Source of the DNA: Cenococcum geophilum
Taxonomy: Eukaryota
Length of the DNA: 64,000 nt
NCBI GenBank assembly: GCA_050273025.1
Contig: CP158636.1
Span: forward strand, 4,836,001 to 4,900,000
Direction of reading: 5' to 3'
Both the position numbers and the translations under genes were made by a program. The notes beneath the pieces were generated by a model that was given only the letters and a program-made list of their open reading frames with translations, was not told the origin of the DNA and ran no database searches. This document shows, one piece after another, positions 50,484-64,000 of this stretch (the first letter of the stretch is position 1; each line of letters begins with the position of its first letter).

Positions 50484-52200
50484 TTGTCTCGTTCCCAGAC
50501 CTTCTTGCCAAGGCTTACCTTGCCAAGCCGCTAGCCGCTTTTGGCAAGACCTTCGTTAGAAGGTCTGGTACACGGTTCGGATTTTTGTTAGTCCCGCGCG
50601 GGGTATTTAGGCCTATATACACCTACTTTGAGCCAAATTGTCTTAACTTCCATAGCTCCCTAAGCTATTCCTAATGGCTAGAATTACTAAATCAAACCTG
50701 GCGAAGAAGACTACGTTGCCCGATTTGCCCGATTCCAATTCATTATCTCGTCGTCGCGCCCGACGCCCCCGAGTCGTAGCAGCCGCACCTCTCCCATAAC
50801 CACCGCCGCCCTCTTCCTAACGCAGCCAGAGTACCCAAATCGACGAGCCAGCTTTAAATAATAACTAAGGACTACTAGTAGGTATAGATTTGCTTTATAG
50901 AAGGGGGTAAGCTTTAGGTAGAGCCTCGCGCAGAGCTTTAATAAAGCCTTATGTAGAGCTTTAGTAGAGGCTTACGCAGAGCCCTACGCAGAGCTCCGCG
51001 TAGAGCTTCGTGCAGAGATTCTGCAGAGCTTCGTGCAGAGCTTCGTGCAGAGCTTCGTGCAGAGCCTCCGTACGCAGAGCTTCGTGCAGAGCTTCATGCA
51101 GAGCCTCCGTACGCAGAGCTTCGTGCAGAGCTTCATGCAGAGCCTCCGTACGCAGAGCTTCGTGCAGAGCTTCATGCAGAGCCTCCGTACGCAGAGCTTC
51201 GTGCAGAGCTTTATGCAGAGCCTCCGTACGCAGAGCTTCGTGCAGAGCTTCGTGCAGAGCTTCGTGCAGAGCTTCGTGCAGAGCTTCGTGCAGAGCTTCG
51301 TGCAGAGCTTCGTGTAGAGCCTCGTATAGAGCTTCTACAGAGCTTCGTGTAGAGCTTTATATAAGCCTTAAGTAGAGCCTTATATAGAGCCTTAAGTAGA
51401 GCCTTATATAGAGCCTTATATAGAGCTTTATATAGATATATAGGTATATAGACATATATATTTATACTAGAAATTAATTATAGAGTTTATAAAGACAATT
51501 ATATAGGAAATTATATAAATATTTATTTATTTATATAGGTATTTATATAGATATTTATATAAATAACTAACTAATTAATTATAATAGCTTATAGGCCAAG
51601 GAGTCCTCTAGCAATTCTAGATAGTATATAAGATTTAATAGGAGGATACTTATAGATACACCCCCTTTTAACCCCTTAGGGACTAGATACCCCCGCCTAG
51701 CTAAAGGCGGCTTATAAGCAAATTACTAAACCCTCCTACTACTACCCCCCTTCCCCCTCTAGATCTTTTAAAGATACCTTAAAAGTATAGTATATAAGAT
51801 AGACTTATTATAAATATATATACGCTAGGCAAAGGCGGAGCGTATAAGACTAGCTAAAAGGATATACTTAGATTTTCCCCCTATTAGGGGTTTTTTCCTA
51901 TATATAGAAGCTAGAAGCCTATATAGACCTAAAAGAGAGACTAAATTAGGCAATAAATAGAATTAATAATACTATACCTTAGGGGTATATAGGCTTAGTA
52001 TATTAAACCTCTAATAGCTATAGTATAGTGTTTAAAAAGGTTGCCTTATACTTTAGTTATATTAGTATAGGTTATAAACCCTAGTTATAAGGACCCTAGT
52101 TATAGAAGATAGACCTAATATATTAACTAGTAAAGGCTATCCCTAAGTTAACTAAGTAAAATTAAGGATTAAATCTATAGGGCCTTAGGTATCTTACTAG
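50484..52200 (+). mobile_element. Degenerate DNA-transposon-like left end (possibly Academ-like) with a RIP-mutated ORF start at ~50674
   Basis: GTCTCGTTCCCAGACC-type terminus with an internal hairpin CCAGACCTTCT/AGAAGGTCTGG; marks the boundary into RIP-mutated DNA. Confidence 0.4.
50915..51432. repeat. Minisatellite with 12-bp unit GCAGAGCTTCGT and a 39-bp higher-order unit
   Basis: Directly visible tandem array; units at the edges degrade to TpA-rich versions. Confidence 0.95.
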
Positions 52201-52204
52201 TTAC

Positions 52205-52492
52205 TATTATAAAATAATAAGCTTTGCACTATAGCTATAGATAAAACTTTAAAAGGTAAGTAAGTAACTAATAAGATACTAGGTATAGCTATATAGAATA
52301 ATATATATAAGTAAGGTAACTCTATTACTTAATAGGTATATATAGCTATAGTGTAGTATACTTATTAGGTAATAGAGTTACCTTACTTATATATATTATT
52401 TTAAACAACTATACCTAGTATCTTATTAGTTACTTACATACCTTTTAAAGTTTTATCTATAGCTATAGTATAGAGCTAATTATTTTATAATA
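52205..52492. repeat. Long imperfect palindrome (foldback/MITE-like), arms of ~135 bp
   Basis: For example CTATAGCTATAGATAAAACTTTAAAAGGTA pairs with TACCTTTTAAAGTTTTATCTATAGCTATAG. Confidence 0.9.
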
Positions 52493-52529
52493 CTATTAGT
52501 ATAAATATTTAACTTCTACTTTATATAAA

Positions 52530-53699
52530 TATAATGCAATTTCCTATTAATAACCCCTTTAGAATTAGCTAAATAGAGCTTCTATAAACTTTAAAGGACT
52601 ATAAGAACCCTTTCTATTAATACTATACACCCTAATTTAGCGTTAGTAGCGGTATATATAGTATTTTCTAGTATACAGCTTTTAAAGCCGGATTATAATA
52701 ATTAATAAGCCCTTAACCCTAACAACTCTAATTAGATAGCGCGCCCTTTAGAAACGCGGTTTATAGGCTATATAAGCCGTAGAATAAACCTAGTAAGTAC
52801 TATAGAAATAATCTTTTAATATAGATAAGAAGTATACTACTATAATTACAACCCTTTAAATAGCCTGTACTATATTAGTGGAGCTTATTTAGACCTAAGG
52901 AACTTAGGAATAATACGCCTAGGATATAAAGGTAATTTAAATAGATATTAGCGCCTTCTAAAGGGCTATAATAATAGCTATATATATATATCGCCACTAC
53001 TATACCTTTAATGCCCTAAGCTATAAGATAAGCTGCTAGTAAGCCTATAAAAGTAAATAAAATTATAATCTATATAAGTAATACTGCTAACTATAAAGTG
53101 GCCTTAAAGTAGAATAGCTAAGCCCTAGTATATAAGCTCTAGGCTATAAAACCTCTAAATACCTATAAAATATAGGCTGTAAAGAAGTTATAGAGTAGTA
53201 ATATTAAGGCGTATATTATAGATATAGGTATAAAAGATAGGCTATTATAAGAAATAGGGTGGATAAAGGTCCTAGATTGCTCCGCTATATTAGCTATTCT
53301 ACTAGTACTAGTAGAGATCTATATAGTACCTATAAGCCTCACCATCTAGGGTATAAAGGCTAAGTAGATAGTAGGGGATATAATAAAGCAGAATTATACT
53401 ATAGTGGGGCTTATAGTATAGAGGCTAGCGTAGAAAGGGCTAGAAAGAGTCTAGATAGAAGAAAAGGTTAAATTATTACTTATTATAGGCATATAGTTAA
53501 AAGAGGTAGCAAATATACTATTTAATTAGGGCCTCTTCCTAGAAGGAGACTACTACCTAGTTATAAGGTATAAGACGACATTTCTAATAACGCAGTGCTT
53601 TAAATACTAGGGCTTTAACTATATAGCTAAGAGTTATAGGAGAGAGGCTAGATATAGATTCTATGCCAGATAGTATAATATTAGTAATTATATAGGAGA
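52530..53699 (+). mobile_element. RIP-degraded LINE (Tad1-like) ORF1/gag, truncated by the Gypsy C insertion
   Basis: TQCFK(C)(Q)GFN(H)IAKS(C)..AR(C)RF(C).. tandem CCHC knuckles at ~53590-53695 after reversing RIP-type changes. Confidence 0.6.
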
Positions 53700-56471
53700 T
53701 ATGAGGTAAGGATGTGGATAGGGAGTCCAATAATAGAATAATAGGTGTATTGTATAGACAGAGACGAATCCTTAAGGGAAAAGGAGGAGTCTATGTGCGA
53801 GGTAGGAAGGGTTTTCCCTAGGCACGTATAGAGCACGTACCTTATAGGCGAGTCACCCCTAGGTTGCCCTAGGGTCGCCCATACCTTGCGGCTATATAAC
53901 TATCTACTTAGGTTTTACCTAATAATGCCCCCCCTTTTAAAAAGGGTCGTCCCCAATCCTTTATATACTTAAGCCTTAATAAAACCCCATAAAAAACCTT
54001 AGTAAGGAAAAAATTTGAAGGGGAAAGAGCGTTTTAATTTTGTATATAGAGAGATAGGTATATATACACGGCGCGAAGATATTAAGGAACTTTAACCGGC
54101 GGTTAAAGTTATCTAATTAGTTAGATTTGCCTTGCTAAAACTCCCCTATATTTAACTAAGCTAGTAGTAATTTTATATACCCAGTATAGAAAATCCTAAT
54201 TAGTCTATTTAATAGGTAGAGCTAGTAAAGCTTAATACTGTTACCTAAATTTGGTAAACTAGAAATATTCTAAAGCTCGCTTATGTAGGTAGGTTGCTAG
54301 TATCTCGCGGGTAGGTCGTAGGTTATTTATATATAGCTAGATTCGTAAATAGTAAGGCTATATACCTATTAAATCCGCCGCTAACCCTGCTTTGGCCTTA
54401 CGCTATACCGGTATAACGCCGTATATACTTTACGGATAGGTTATAGGTTATTTATATATAGCCAGATTAGGACGGTAAAGCGATATACCTATTAGACCCG
54501 CCACTAACCTATATTTTAGCCTTATGCGTTATCTACGTAGTATATACGTAGAATAGTATATAAGTTATCGGTATAGGTTACTACTAATAGGTTACTAGTA
54601 GGTTGTGGACCCCAGTTAAATAGACCCTAGTTATAGATGGGCCTATTCTCTAATATATAAAAAATCTGCTTAGCTAGCATAGAGTAGCGAACTAGGTCTA
54701 GAAAGGGTGCTTTCTAAATTAAGGCTATAGTTCTTACAGCAATTATTGCTTATTCTTTAATCCCTTAGAACATCCTCTGCTCCGATTTAATATAGGTTAT
54801 ATTTTAATAGCGGCGCTTGCTTTTCGCCTATGCTTTAGCTATAAGGCTAGGGTGTCCTACTTACGGTACTTATCTAGCAATTATTAAAAAATTTTAAGTT
54901 CTATCTTATATTTCTATTTATTATACTTATTTAACTATCCTAGCTATTTAATAAGGTACTATGGTTATCTAGCACGATTCTAGTAGGCGACGATTACTTC
55001 TACTTCCTAGCTGCCTTTCTTAAGCTCTTTTACTACTAGGGGTTAAAACCTAGGGCGTAACCTATAAGGCTCTAGTAGGGAGATATAGAAGACTAGGTAG
55101 AGCTATACTATAGTAGGTAAAAGCTCTAGCTTATATACTTGCTGCCCTATACGCTTTAGGATCTAAAACGGTTTTATAAACTTATAGTTAAGCTTTTTAT
55201 AGGGACGTTTTGTGCGGATATTCTTAGAGGAGAGCAGGACTTATTTACCGACGGCGAAGTGCTTGGCCAGGTAGTAACAATTATAATATTTTGCCTAAAG
55301 CTTTTAGGCGTATATTATTAACGCCGCTGCTACCTTATATATAAGGCGCAGGCGTTATAAATACGTCTTTGCGAGTTAGATATTTATTAACTTAGACCCC
55401 TCCCTACCTTACTAGGCGTCTTAAACGCTGTCCAGGACTCCGTCCGGGATATTTAGTAGCTAGCTATAGGCGAGCTTAATAGGGGAATGCTTTATTATAG
55501 TATAGACCTTAGAGTTATAGGTAAAGGCTACTTCTTTAAGTAGGGAGGCCTAATTAGACTATTCCCAGTTTATAAATATACGTAGGTATATCTTAAGCTC
55601 CTAGTTCTAACGCTCCATCTAACTATCTATCTATAGGTAGAATATAGTACTAAGTTTACGTTAAACGCGGAGATAGTAGTATATAGTACTCTAGTACTTA
55701 CTTGTAAATACACTACCCCTATTAGAGATAATATTATTTAAAGGCCCTATTTACGCAAAAACTCTAAATAAGAGTTTTACGAGTTATGTAGTATTAATTG
55801 TCTTATATACTAGATAGTAGCGTACTAGCTTTATAAAATAGTCTATAAAAACAAGAATAGAGTTATACTCTATACTATTAGGAGTCTTAAACTCTAGGAG
55901 ATCCGTAATAAAGTTAAGTAAATAATGCTATTAGGCTTAGGTAGGGACCTAAAAAGGCTGCAGCTTACTATAGGGTTTATAGCGGCGTGATTTAGAGCAT
56001 TAGTAGGTATTGTAATTATCTAGGTATTTGTGGAGGTCCTAGGTAAGGCCATTCTAAGCGTACTTTCGCGCGATTACCTTAAAGGTATAGTTAAAACCAT
56101 AATAGCCGCCTATAGGATTGTTATAATTCCGCTTAAGGATCTCCTGTTATAGTAGTATATAATTCGGCACCTAAACCTTATTATTTTGCCTTAAGAGTCC
56201 TTAATTATTAAGGGTATAGTTCTTATTATTAGTAGGAACTTATTTTTAGGTTAACTAATTATATATAGAGCGTATAAAGGCGTCCCTTTTTTATACTCCA
56301 CAAATAAAATTAACTAGTGACTTAGGGGGGTGTTTTATAAACGCCGTTTTGGCTAAAGTAGCTACTACTACCTCTTACTATAGCACGAGACTCTACGTAA
56401 AGTTAGTGCTAGTAAAGTAATATATAATGCGTAGATAACTTACTAGGTTATTATAGGGGACCATAGCCTAG
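53700..56471 (-). mobile_element. Gypsy family C 3' part (3' LTR 53700-53924, chromodomain, integrase), interrupted by Gypsy B
   Basis: LTR with TATGAGGTAA...TTACCTAATA ends; adjacent polypurine tract (GGGGGGG on the minus strand); degenerate integrase ST.F(H)(P)Q.D.Q.ER.N motif near 55610-55650. Confidence 0.8.
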
Positions 56472-59400
56472 TGTTACGAACGCTTTAAGTACAATGTTAT
56501 AACTACTTGGAGAAAAGACAAAAGAAGCTAGTTAGTTAATTTAGGCACGGTCCAGGATGGAGCCGGTAGAGCCATGTAACGAGGAATAGTAACTAAGGTT
56601 ATATAACGTAATCTATATAATCTGTAGGATCTATATAATCTGTAATAAAGTAAACAGAGCATACGTACCTTACGTACTAAGGGGATTTCTTAGGAGTATG
56701 GTTGTGTATTTAAAGGACCACAGTCCCTACCTAGATAGTTCTCTCCTTTATAGTGAATCTTAGAATACAATTAGAGTTAATCTATTAGGCAACCACTCCA
56801 CTAGTTATTATTACGTTGTTAACTTCTTATTTACCTATATACCTAGCCTATTAATAAGTTTACCGTAGTTCCTGCTATAAGGCTTTATTATATATTTACT
56901 ACTAAGGTTATAGTATTAATAAAGTTAAACAACATGCCACTAAAAGCAGCCACTACGACGCTATTAATGGCGGCAACTACTTTAAGATTAGGTAACGACA
57001 CTAGTATAGCAGATACTAACTTACAGCAACCTGTAACGGTTAGATAACTATAAGAGATAGTTAACTAGTTAACAGAAAATAATGCGATATTAGAAAATAG
57101 GATTAACGGGATAGGCGTAGTAAAGGTTAAGTTACTATCAATTAAAAGATACTTAGGAAAGAGATTAAAGCTTAAAGGATTCCTTACGCAAATGCACTTT
57201 AAGGTAGTATAGGAGGGAGCAAAGCTAGCAATACCTATGGATTAAATAGTATACGCAGGACTGTTCTTAATAGGAAGAGCACTTAAATAGTTTAAGCTTT
57301 ACCTTATAGAGATATAAGTAAATAGCATAACAACTACTAACCAGGAGGTACGGTTTATATTCTTAAGCTGGAATAGATTTATAGAACAACTTATACAAAT
57401 ATTCGGAGACCCGGAGGTAATAACTATAGCAGAAAGAAAACTCCAAGATATTACGCAACGAACCTTAGTAATTAAGTATATAACGCAGTTCCAAACATTA
57501 GTAATATAAGTAGAGTAGAATAATAGGGCGCTTATAGCATAGTATAAGTAAGGACTTAAGGCTAAAGTCTAGGACGTAATTATCCTAATAGAAGATGCGA
57601 ACACCCTAAGGGAACTAATAAATTAAGCGATTAAGATTAATAATTGGATCTACTAAAGGGAATAGGCTAAGAGAGGCTAGGATAGAGTTCTATAGTTATA
57701 TAAGGCGTAAAGCACGCAATAACTAAAGCTAAGTTAAAAACTATAGTATAGCGTAGAGCTAATAGACCTAAGTGGTACTAAAGAAACTAGAAAATAGAAT
57801 AAGAAATTATAGAAACCTAAAGGACAAGGATTGAGTGATTAAAGGTCTAAGGAGTAGAGGCTAAACTAGGGATCTTAGTAGCAGAAGACGTTTAGGCGGA
57901 CTCTATAGTAAGAAAAATGGTTTAAAAAAGGAGCTTATATAAATTACGGAAAACAGGGTTATTATATTAGAGACTATAGAAGTAGGTAGAGTTACTATAT
58001 AGTAAAGGGCACGAGACTAGCAGACGATATATACGTATAGAGGGATAATAATATACTATAAGGAACAAAAGAATATTTAATTAAAAGTTTTACGTTTTAT
58101 TACAATAACGCATACCGAATTCATAAGGACGCTAAGTATAGCGCAAGCTATTAGCTATAAGAGCTATAACCTATAGAATATAGAGGAACTAATAAACTAG
58201 TTCGTAGATCGGATATTAAGGATAATAAATTTAATATAGGCGAAATATTCCGTAACAATAAGGCGATAAAGGCCGCTTACTAGGAGCGAGTAGACCTTAG
58301 AGATGTTATACTAGAGGCAAAGGATAATTCTATTATAGAATAGGGAATATTAGTAGGGATTAAGACCCCACTAAACACGATGTCTATCGCTTTATAAAAC
58401 GCAAGAGAAAAAGGATAGCAAACTACTTTAGCATTTAATAAAGGCAAAAGGCCACAGGCTTAAAATTCTTAAGACGAGATATAAGACAACCAAAATTCTT
58501 AAGATAAGATGAGGTAAGCTTAAAAACCCATAACGGACGATAACCGATAGAGTAGAGTAATAGCTTAGTTTAGTAATATACGAATAAGCTTAGGACGAAG
58601 TTTCCTAAAGGCATAAGACTCTTAAGATAAGATAAGTAAGATTTAAGACTTTTAAGACGAGATAAGAATACTAAGTAAGCCTAGTTAGACTAAGGCTAAA
58701 GTAAGACTTAAGATAAAAGCAAGGTCAGGATTAAGAATCTAAAGGGGTTAAGAATTTAGGGAACGGATAAGGACACCCACGGATAAGAGGTAAGAGGCTT
58801 CTTTATAGATTAGAGAATTTATAGTATAAATAGTAATTAGACTAGGAGACAGATATATAGACCTAGAAGACTTACTAGGGGAATATAGTGTTCGGCTTAA
58901 AGATCGAAATGTTAATACCAAGATTAAGAAGTATAAAGACTTTAAGGATTTAAGCGCAAGATGCAAACCAAAAGAAACTATAGAAGAATTTAGATAAAGA
59001 ATTATCGCATAGCAAGAATAGAAACTAGATAAAAGATCTAGTATATTAGGACGTATAAGGGATAGAGCGCTAGTATAGAGAATTATTAATAGGCCTAGGG
59101 CAGGCACACTAAGAGCTAAGTAGCTTACTAAACTAGAAAATAAAGAGGATCTAGGGATCCCTACTAGGTTTAAAGAACGACATATAAAGGGCTATTATAA
59201 CGCAGTAATAAAAAGATACTTCTTTACGGATAAGCTATATATACTCTAGCAGCTATACCAAAAGTGGTATAGGCAGCGACACAACGATAAGTGGGAAGAT
59301 TTCTATATATGGTTAGATAAAAGAGTTATCTAAGACCACCTAATTATAGAAAAGGCCATAACTCATATTAAAGGAGCCTTAATTATAACGTTAAAGGATC

Positions 59401-62400
59401 TAAAGGAACAATTAGAGGACTAGAGAAGCGAGAGACGTATCTTAGTACCTATAAATAAAGTTATAACATTCAGATTAGTATAATAAAGGTTTAAACTTAA
59501 AGATAAAGACAAGTTAAGAGTTAACCTAAAGTACCTAGCACACTATACGCTATTATGGATTGCATGCGTGGACGATATATATAAAATGCATAAAAATCCA
59601 AAGGAAAAGAATTAGAAATACTTTATAAGGATATACTAGATAACGGATAAGCAATAGTATAGGAATGCTAAGTATATATATAGATAGCATCTAGCAGAAG
59701 TTTAAAAAGAAGGAAATTTAATACTTTAGCCAGAAAGATTCCTTATAGAAGAATGCTTAGACGGATAATAGTAGTAGGAATGCCTAAAGAATATGTGTCC
59801 ATAGTATATTAAAAATAAGAAGTAAACTAGGTATTAGCTAAAGAGCGAGCTAAGTGCAATAGGATTAAGCAGCTAATAGTTAGGAAAAGTAGAGGCCTAT
59901 AGGACTAAAGGGAGCTAGTAGTAGAGCCTTAAACCCTTAAAGGAATTTAAGGATAACACCTAAATTTAAGAGTTAATTAGTAAGATTAGTAGTTTAAAGC
60001 GTTAATAGATAGTAAAGCAACGCGAAACTATATCTTACTAATAGTAGTTAAGAGAATGGGATTACCTTATAGATAAAAGGAACAACCTTACTTATTAGTT
60101 ACAATTTTAGGAGATCTAATAGCCTATAGAGGAGGGATTATTAATCTTAAAATAGAACCTATTTAGATAACTATTAAAGGAAGACGAATTAAGATGTCTT
60201 TTAATATCCTACTATTAGGACGGGATGAGGCAGTATTAGGTATGCCTTAGTTACAGAAATATAATCTAAAGATTAATTGGATTACAGGTTAGGTTAATAT
60301 TAGAGATACTTAATGCCGTAAGATGTAACAGTAAACTAAGTTAGTATAGTACTAAGTTAGAGTAATATATAAAGAGACTAAGCGAGGCTTAAGTTATATA
60401 CTAAAGAGATACCATAAGTATAGTAAGAAACTATAGTTACCAAAGAGTAAAAAGCTAGCAGATTATATAGTATAGGACTATAAGATAGAATTAGAACTAG
60501 GAATAAGTCTAAGGTTCTTTCCAACCTATAAGCTTACTTAAGAGGAGTTAAGCGCACTTAAAGAGTTTGTCTAGGAGAACTTATAAAAGGGATATATTAA
60601 ACCATCGCAGTTATTAGCGGGATATCCAGTACTATTCGTACCAAAGAAAAATGGAAAACTTAGGCTATGAATTAACTATAGACAGTTAAACAGCATTACT
60701 AGAAAGGATAGGTATTCTTTACCTTTAATTAGTAAAATCTAAGATAGGATTGGTAACGCATAAATCTTTACGAAGATAGATCTAAGATAGGCGTACCACC
60801 AGATTAGAATTAAAGAAGGCGATAAATAGAAGGCAGCCTTTAGATTAAAGGAAAAACTATATAAACCACTAGTTATGCAATTTAGGCTTATAAACGCACT
60901 AGCAACGTTTTAGAAGCGTATTAATAGTGTGTTAGGAGAATACCTTAATGAGTTTATTATGGTATACCTTAACGATATTATTATCTACTTAATAACTAAG
61001 GAAGAACACGGGGAACACGTTAAATGGGTTTTAAAAAGACTATAAGAAGAATAGATGCTAGTAGCAATTAAGAAATGCGAGTTCTTTACTAGGAAGACCG
61101 ATTTTGTTAGATTTATTATTAAACTAGGTCATATTAGTATGGACCTAAAGAAAATTAAAGCTATAGTAAGTTGGCAAAAACTAGAGAATGTGATATAGTT
61201 AAGGTTATTTTTAGGGGTTTGTAACTACTATAGAAGGTTTATAGCATAATGGTTAAAGAATATTAAACTATTTACTAGGCTTATAAAGAAAGAGAAACTA
61301 TAAGTATAGGGAGACGAATAAAAGAAGTTATTTAAAGAACTTAAGGAATTGTTTACCTAGGAGCTAATTTTTAAGATCTACTAACTAGGACTAGATACGG
61401 TTGTAGAAACGGATGCATTAGACTACATATTAGGAGTATACTTGCTATAGAAGTATAAGGACGTATAGCACCCAGTAGCATACTATAGTAGAAAAATAAC
61501 ACCACTAGAGTTAAACTATGACGTCTATAATAAGGAGTTATTAGGTATAGTTATAGCACTTAAGAAATAAAGAGCATTCTTATAAGGCGCAGAGAAACTA
61601 TTTATAGTTAAGACGGATTATAAGAACCTAACGGGGTTCCTAATAATAAAAGAACTTAATTAAAGATAGGTTAGATAGGCAGAGATGCTTACAGAATACT
61701 ATTTTAAGATTTAATATACTAAAGGAACTAAGAATATAAGAGCAGACGTACTTAGCAGAAAGGCTAAACTACAGAATAATAAGAAACTATTAGGAGCAAT
61801 GCTACGCAGAGATAAGGATGGATTAATTAGATATAATCACCCTAAACTAGTAGTAACTTAAGAAGATAACGAACTAGGAAGAGTCTATAAGACACTAGAG
61901 AGCTTTTAGGTATAGAGAATTCTAAAAGCACAGCTAGAAGATCTATAGACGGATATGTACGAAAACTGAGAAGCGAAGTATATCCTAAAAAGCATAGCAG
62001 AGCATTTCATAGAAGATTTCTATAAGGGAATGACTTAGGGATACAACAGAGCAATAGGCTTAGTGTTAAGACTTTAAGAGGAGTATATTATTAACGGAAT
62101 CTAAAATATCGCAAGAAAAGTAATAAAGGAGTATTTAGATTACTAAAGAAATAAACTAATAAGGTATAAGCTATATAGAGGGCTATAACCTATTAAAATA
62201 CTAGAGAGACCATAGGAGGTTATATCATAGGACTTTATTATTAAGTTACTAAAGTTAAGAGATCCTATTACCGGATAAGATTATAATGCGATTTTAGTAA
62301 TAGTAGATAAGCTTATAAAGTGGGGATACTTTATAGCATGTATAAAAGAAATATTAGCAGAAGATATTGCTAAAATCTATATTAAAGAAGTGTTTATAAG

Positions 62401-64000
62401 ACATAGAGTACTAAGCAAGATTATATCGGATAGAGATTTAAGATTTATAGCAGCATTCTAGGAAGTGTTTTTAGCAGAGTAAGGAGTTTAAGCAGCAACT
62501 TCTACCGTATACTATTTACAGACAGACGGTTAAATAGAAAGATTAAATTAGACACTAGAACAGTATCTAAAACACTATATTAATTATACACAAAATAATT
62601 AGGTATTGCTATTACTAGTTATATAGTTTATATATAATATAACACCACAGGAAGGAATAGGCATATTACCATTTAAGGCGAATTATGGATATAAGCTAAG
62701 AACATTATTGTTACTACAGTAAGTAAAGAAAATAAGTAGTATAGATAAAGAAAGAATAAAGACGTTAATAAATCTTTATATAGACCTTATAGAATTAATA
62801 AAGAAAGTATAAAAGAGAATAAAAAAGTATTATAATACTAAGAGATCTAAGGGACTAGATCTTAAGGAGGGAGATAAAATATAGCTACTATATAAAAATT
62901 TTAAGAGTTAACGGCTAAGTAAGAAGTTAGATCACGTTAAACTAGGACCTTTTAAAATTACGTAAAGAATTTTACTAGTTACGTTTAAGTTAAACCTATT
63001 AGCTAAGATAAAGATCTACCCTATACAGTATATTATAATGCTAGAGCTAGTATACGGGAATGTTAAGCTACTAGTTTATAAAGCAGACACGTATAAAGGA
63101 CAAGAGGAAGATAAATAGTAAGTTTTAAAGATTGTTAGTTATAAGGATATTAACGATAAAACATAGTATAAGGTTAAGTAGATAGGCTATAATAAGACTA
63201 CCTAGGAATTACTAGAGAATTTAAAGAACGCTATAAGAAAGGTATAGAAGTATCGGAAGAAATTAGGTTAGGCAGTATTAATAAAGAAGGATTACTAAAG
63301 AATAAGTTACCTAAGGGGAACCTAAAAAGAGTAGTTACTAAACTACTTAGATCTATTTCCTTCTCTATTAGAAGAGAATCCGTTCTTTTATTACTAAGTT
63401 CCTATAAACCTTATTTTATAAGTTTCTACTCCTTAAAATAAACCTTCTTATAAACCTTCTTAAGACGGATTAGCTAAATGGACGCAGCAAAATAAGAATT
63501 AAGAGCCCTTTGCTAAGCTTTAGCAGCCTCTTATTTAGTATTATAAGAACAACGAAGTTTTAATAATATAACGGACAGTTTATTATCTAGCCGCGTAGCA
63601 GCAGATTAAATATAAAACCCTAAGATAAATTAATTAAGGAACTAGACGACTATTAAGAGTAATAGGTTATATATATTTAGCATTAGAGATAAAGCGAACG
63701 TTATAGGACGAATAAATATTCGCTTTAGTGCACTCTAAGTAAGAGGACGGTTATTGCAAAGATAGACTTACTAACGCAATATAAACTAACCCCTCTTTTA
63801 AATAGCGAGAATATAGAGATGGCATGATCTTACTAAGAGACAATATTATAGTAATAGTATAAGACTAATAAGCTATAGACAAAGAAGAAGGAGCCTTAGG
63901 TATAATAAGTTAAGATATTAACTAAATTAATTAGACGGATATTACACCTCTAGTAAACAACTTAGAGATATTTAGGATCTTTAAGGACGAAGATAAAAAG
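56472..64000 (+). mobile_element. RIP-inactivated Gypsy/chromovirus family B (5' LTR 56472-56892; gag, protease, RT, RNase H, integrase, chromodomain); runs past the window end
   Basis: LTR matches 8185-8606 in inverted orientation; ALIDS protease ~60000, YLNDII RT ~60965, VETDA RNase H ~61405, integrase ~62200-62700, chromodomain ~63110-63250. Confidence 0.92.

Noticed and set aside
50984..51375. Cys/Arg-rich repetitive ORFs (CRAS, QSFV, KLCT repeats) and a CRISPR-like look
   Set aside because: These are translations of a stop-free 12/39-bp tandem repeat; there are no unique spacers and the context is eukaryotic.

Overview
Eukaryotic DNA from a filamentous ascomycete (Pezizomycotina): short GT-AG introns with CTRAC-type branch sites, and repeats mutated by RIP (C>T/G>A, TpA-rich, riddled with stops). 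A gene island of about 40 kb (~10.5-50.4 kb) lies between two blocks of nested, degraded transposons. On the left, Gypsy A sits inside Gypsy B, inside a hAT element, inside a histidyl-tRNA synthetase pseudogene. On the right are a probable DNA-transposon end, a 12/39-bp minisatellite, a foldback palindrome, a LINE gag, Gypsy C and a second Gypsy B. The island carries mostly housekeeping genes: Vip1-like, MFS, CYB2, Rab, EMC10-like, FGGY kinase, TMEM135-like, AAR2, RPS14, TYR1 with intronic snR13, NAPE-PLD, CFEM-like and a metallophosphoesterase. Best candidates for something new: (1) a co-oriented four-gene module next to the TE block (two paralogous 3-exon microproteins, a CorA-like membrane protein lacking GMN, and a Ser/Thr kinase); (2) a duplicated 110-140 nt motif with covarying base pairs, in a helix-rich intergenic region between Vip1 and the MFS gene; (3) a snoRNA that may lie in an intron nested within an intron; (4) an orphan OTT_1508-like deaminase. 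Gene models were spliced by eye and no database searches were run.
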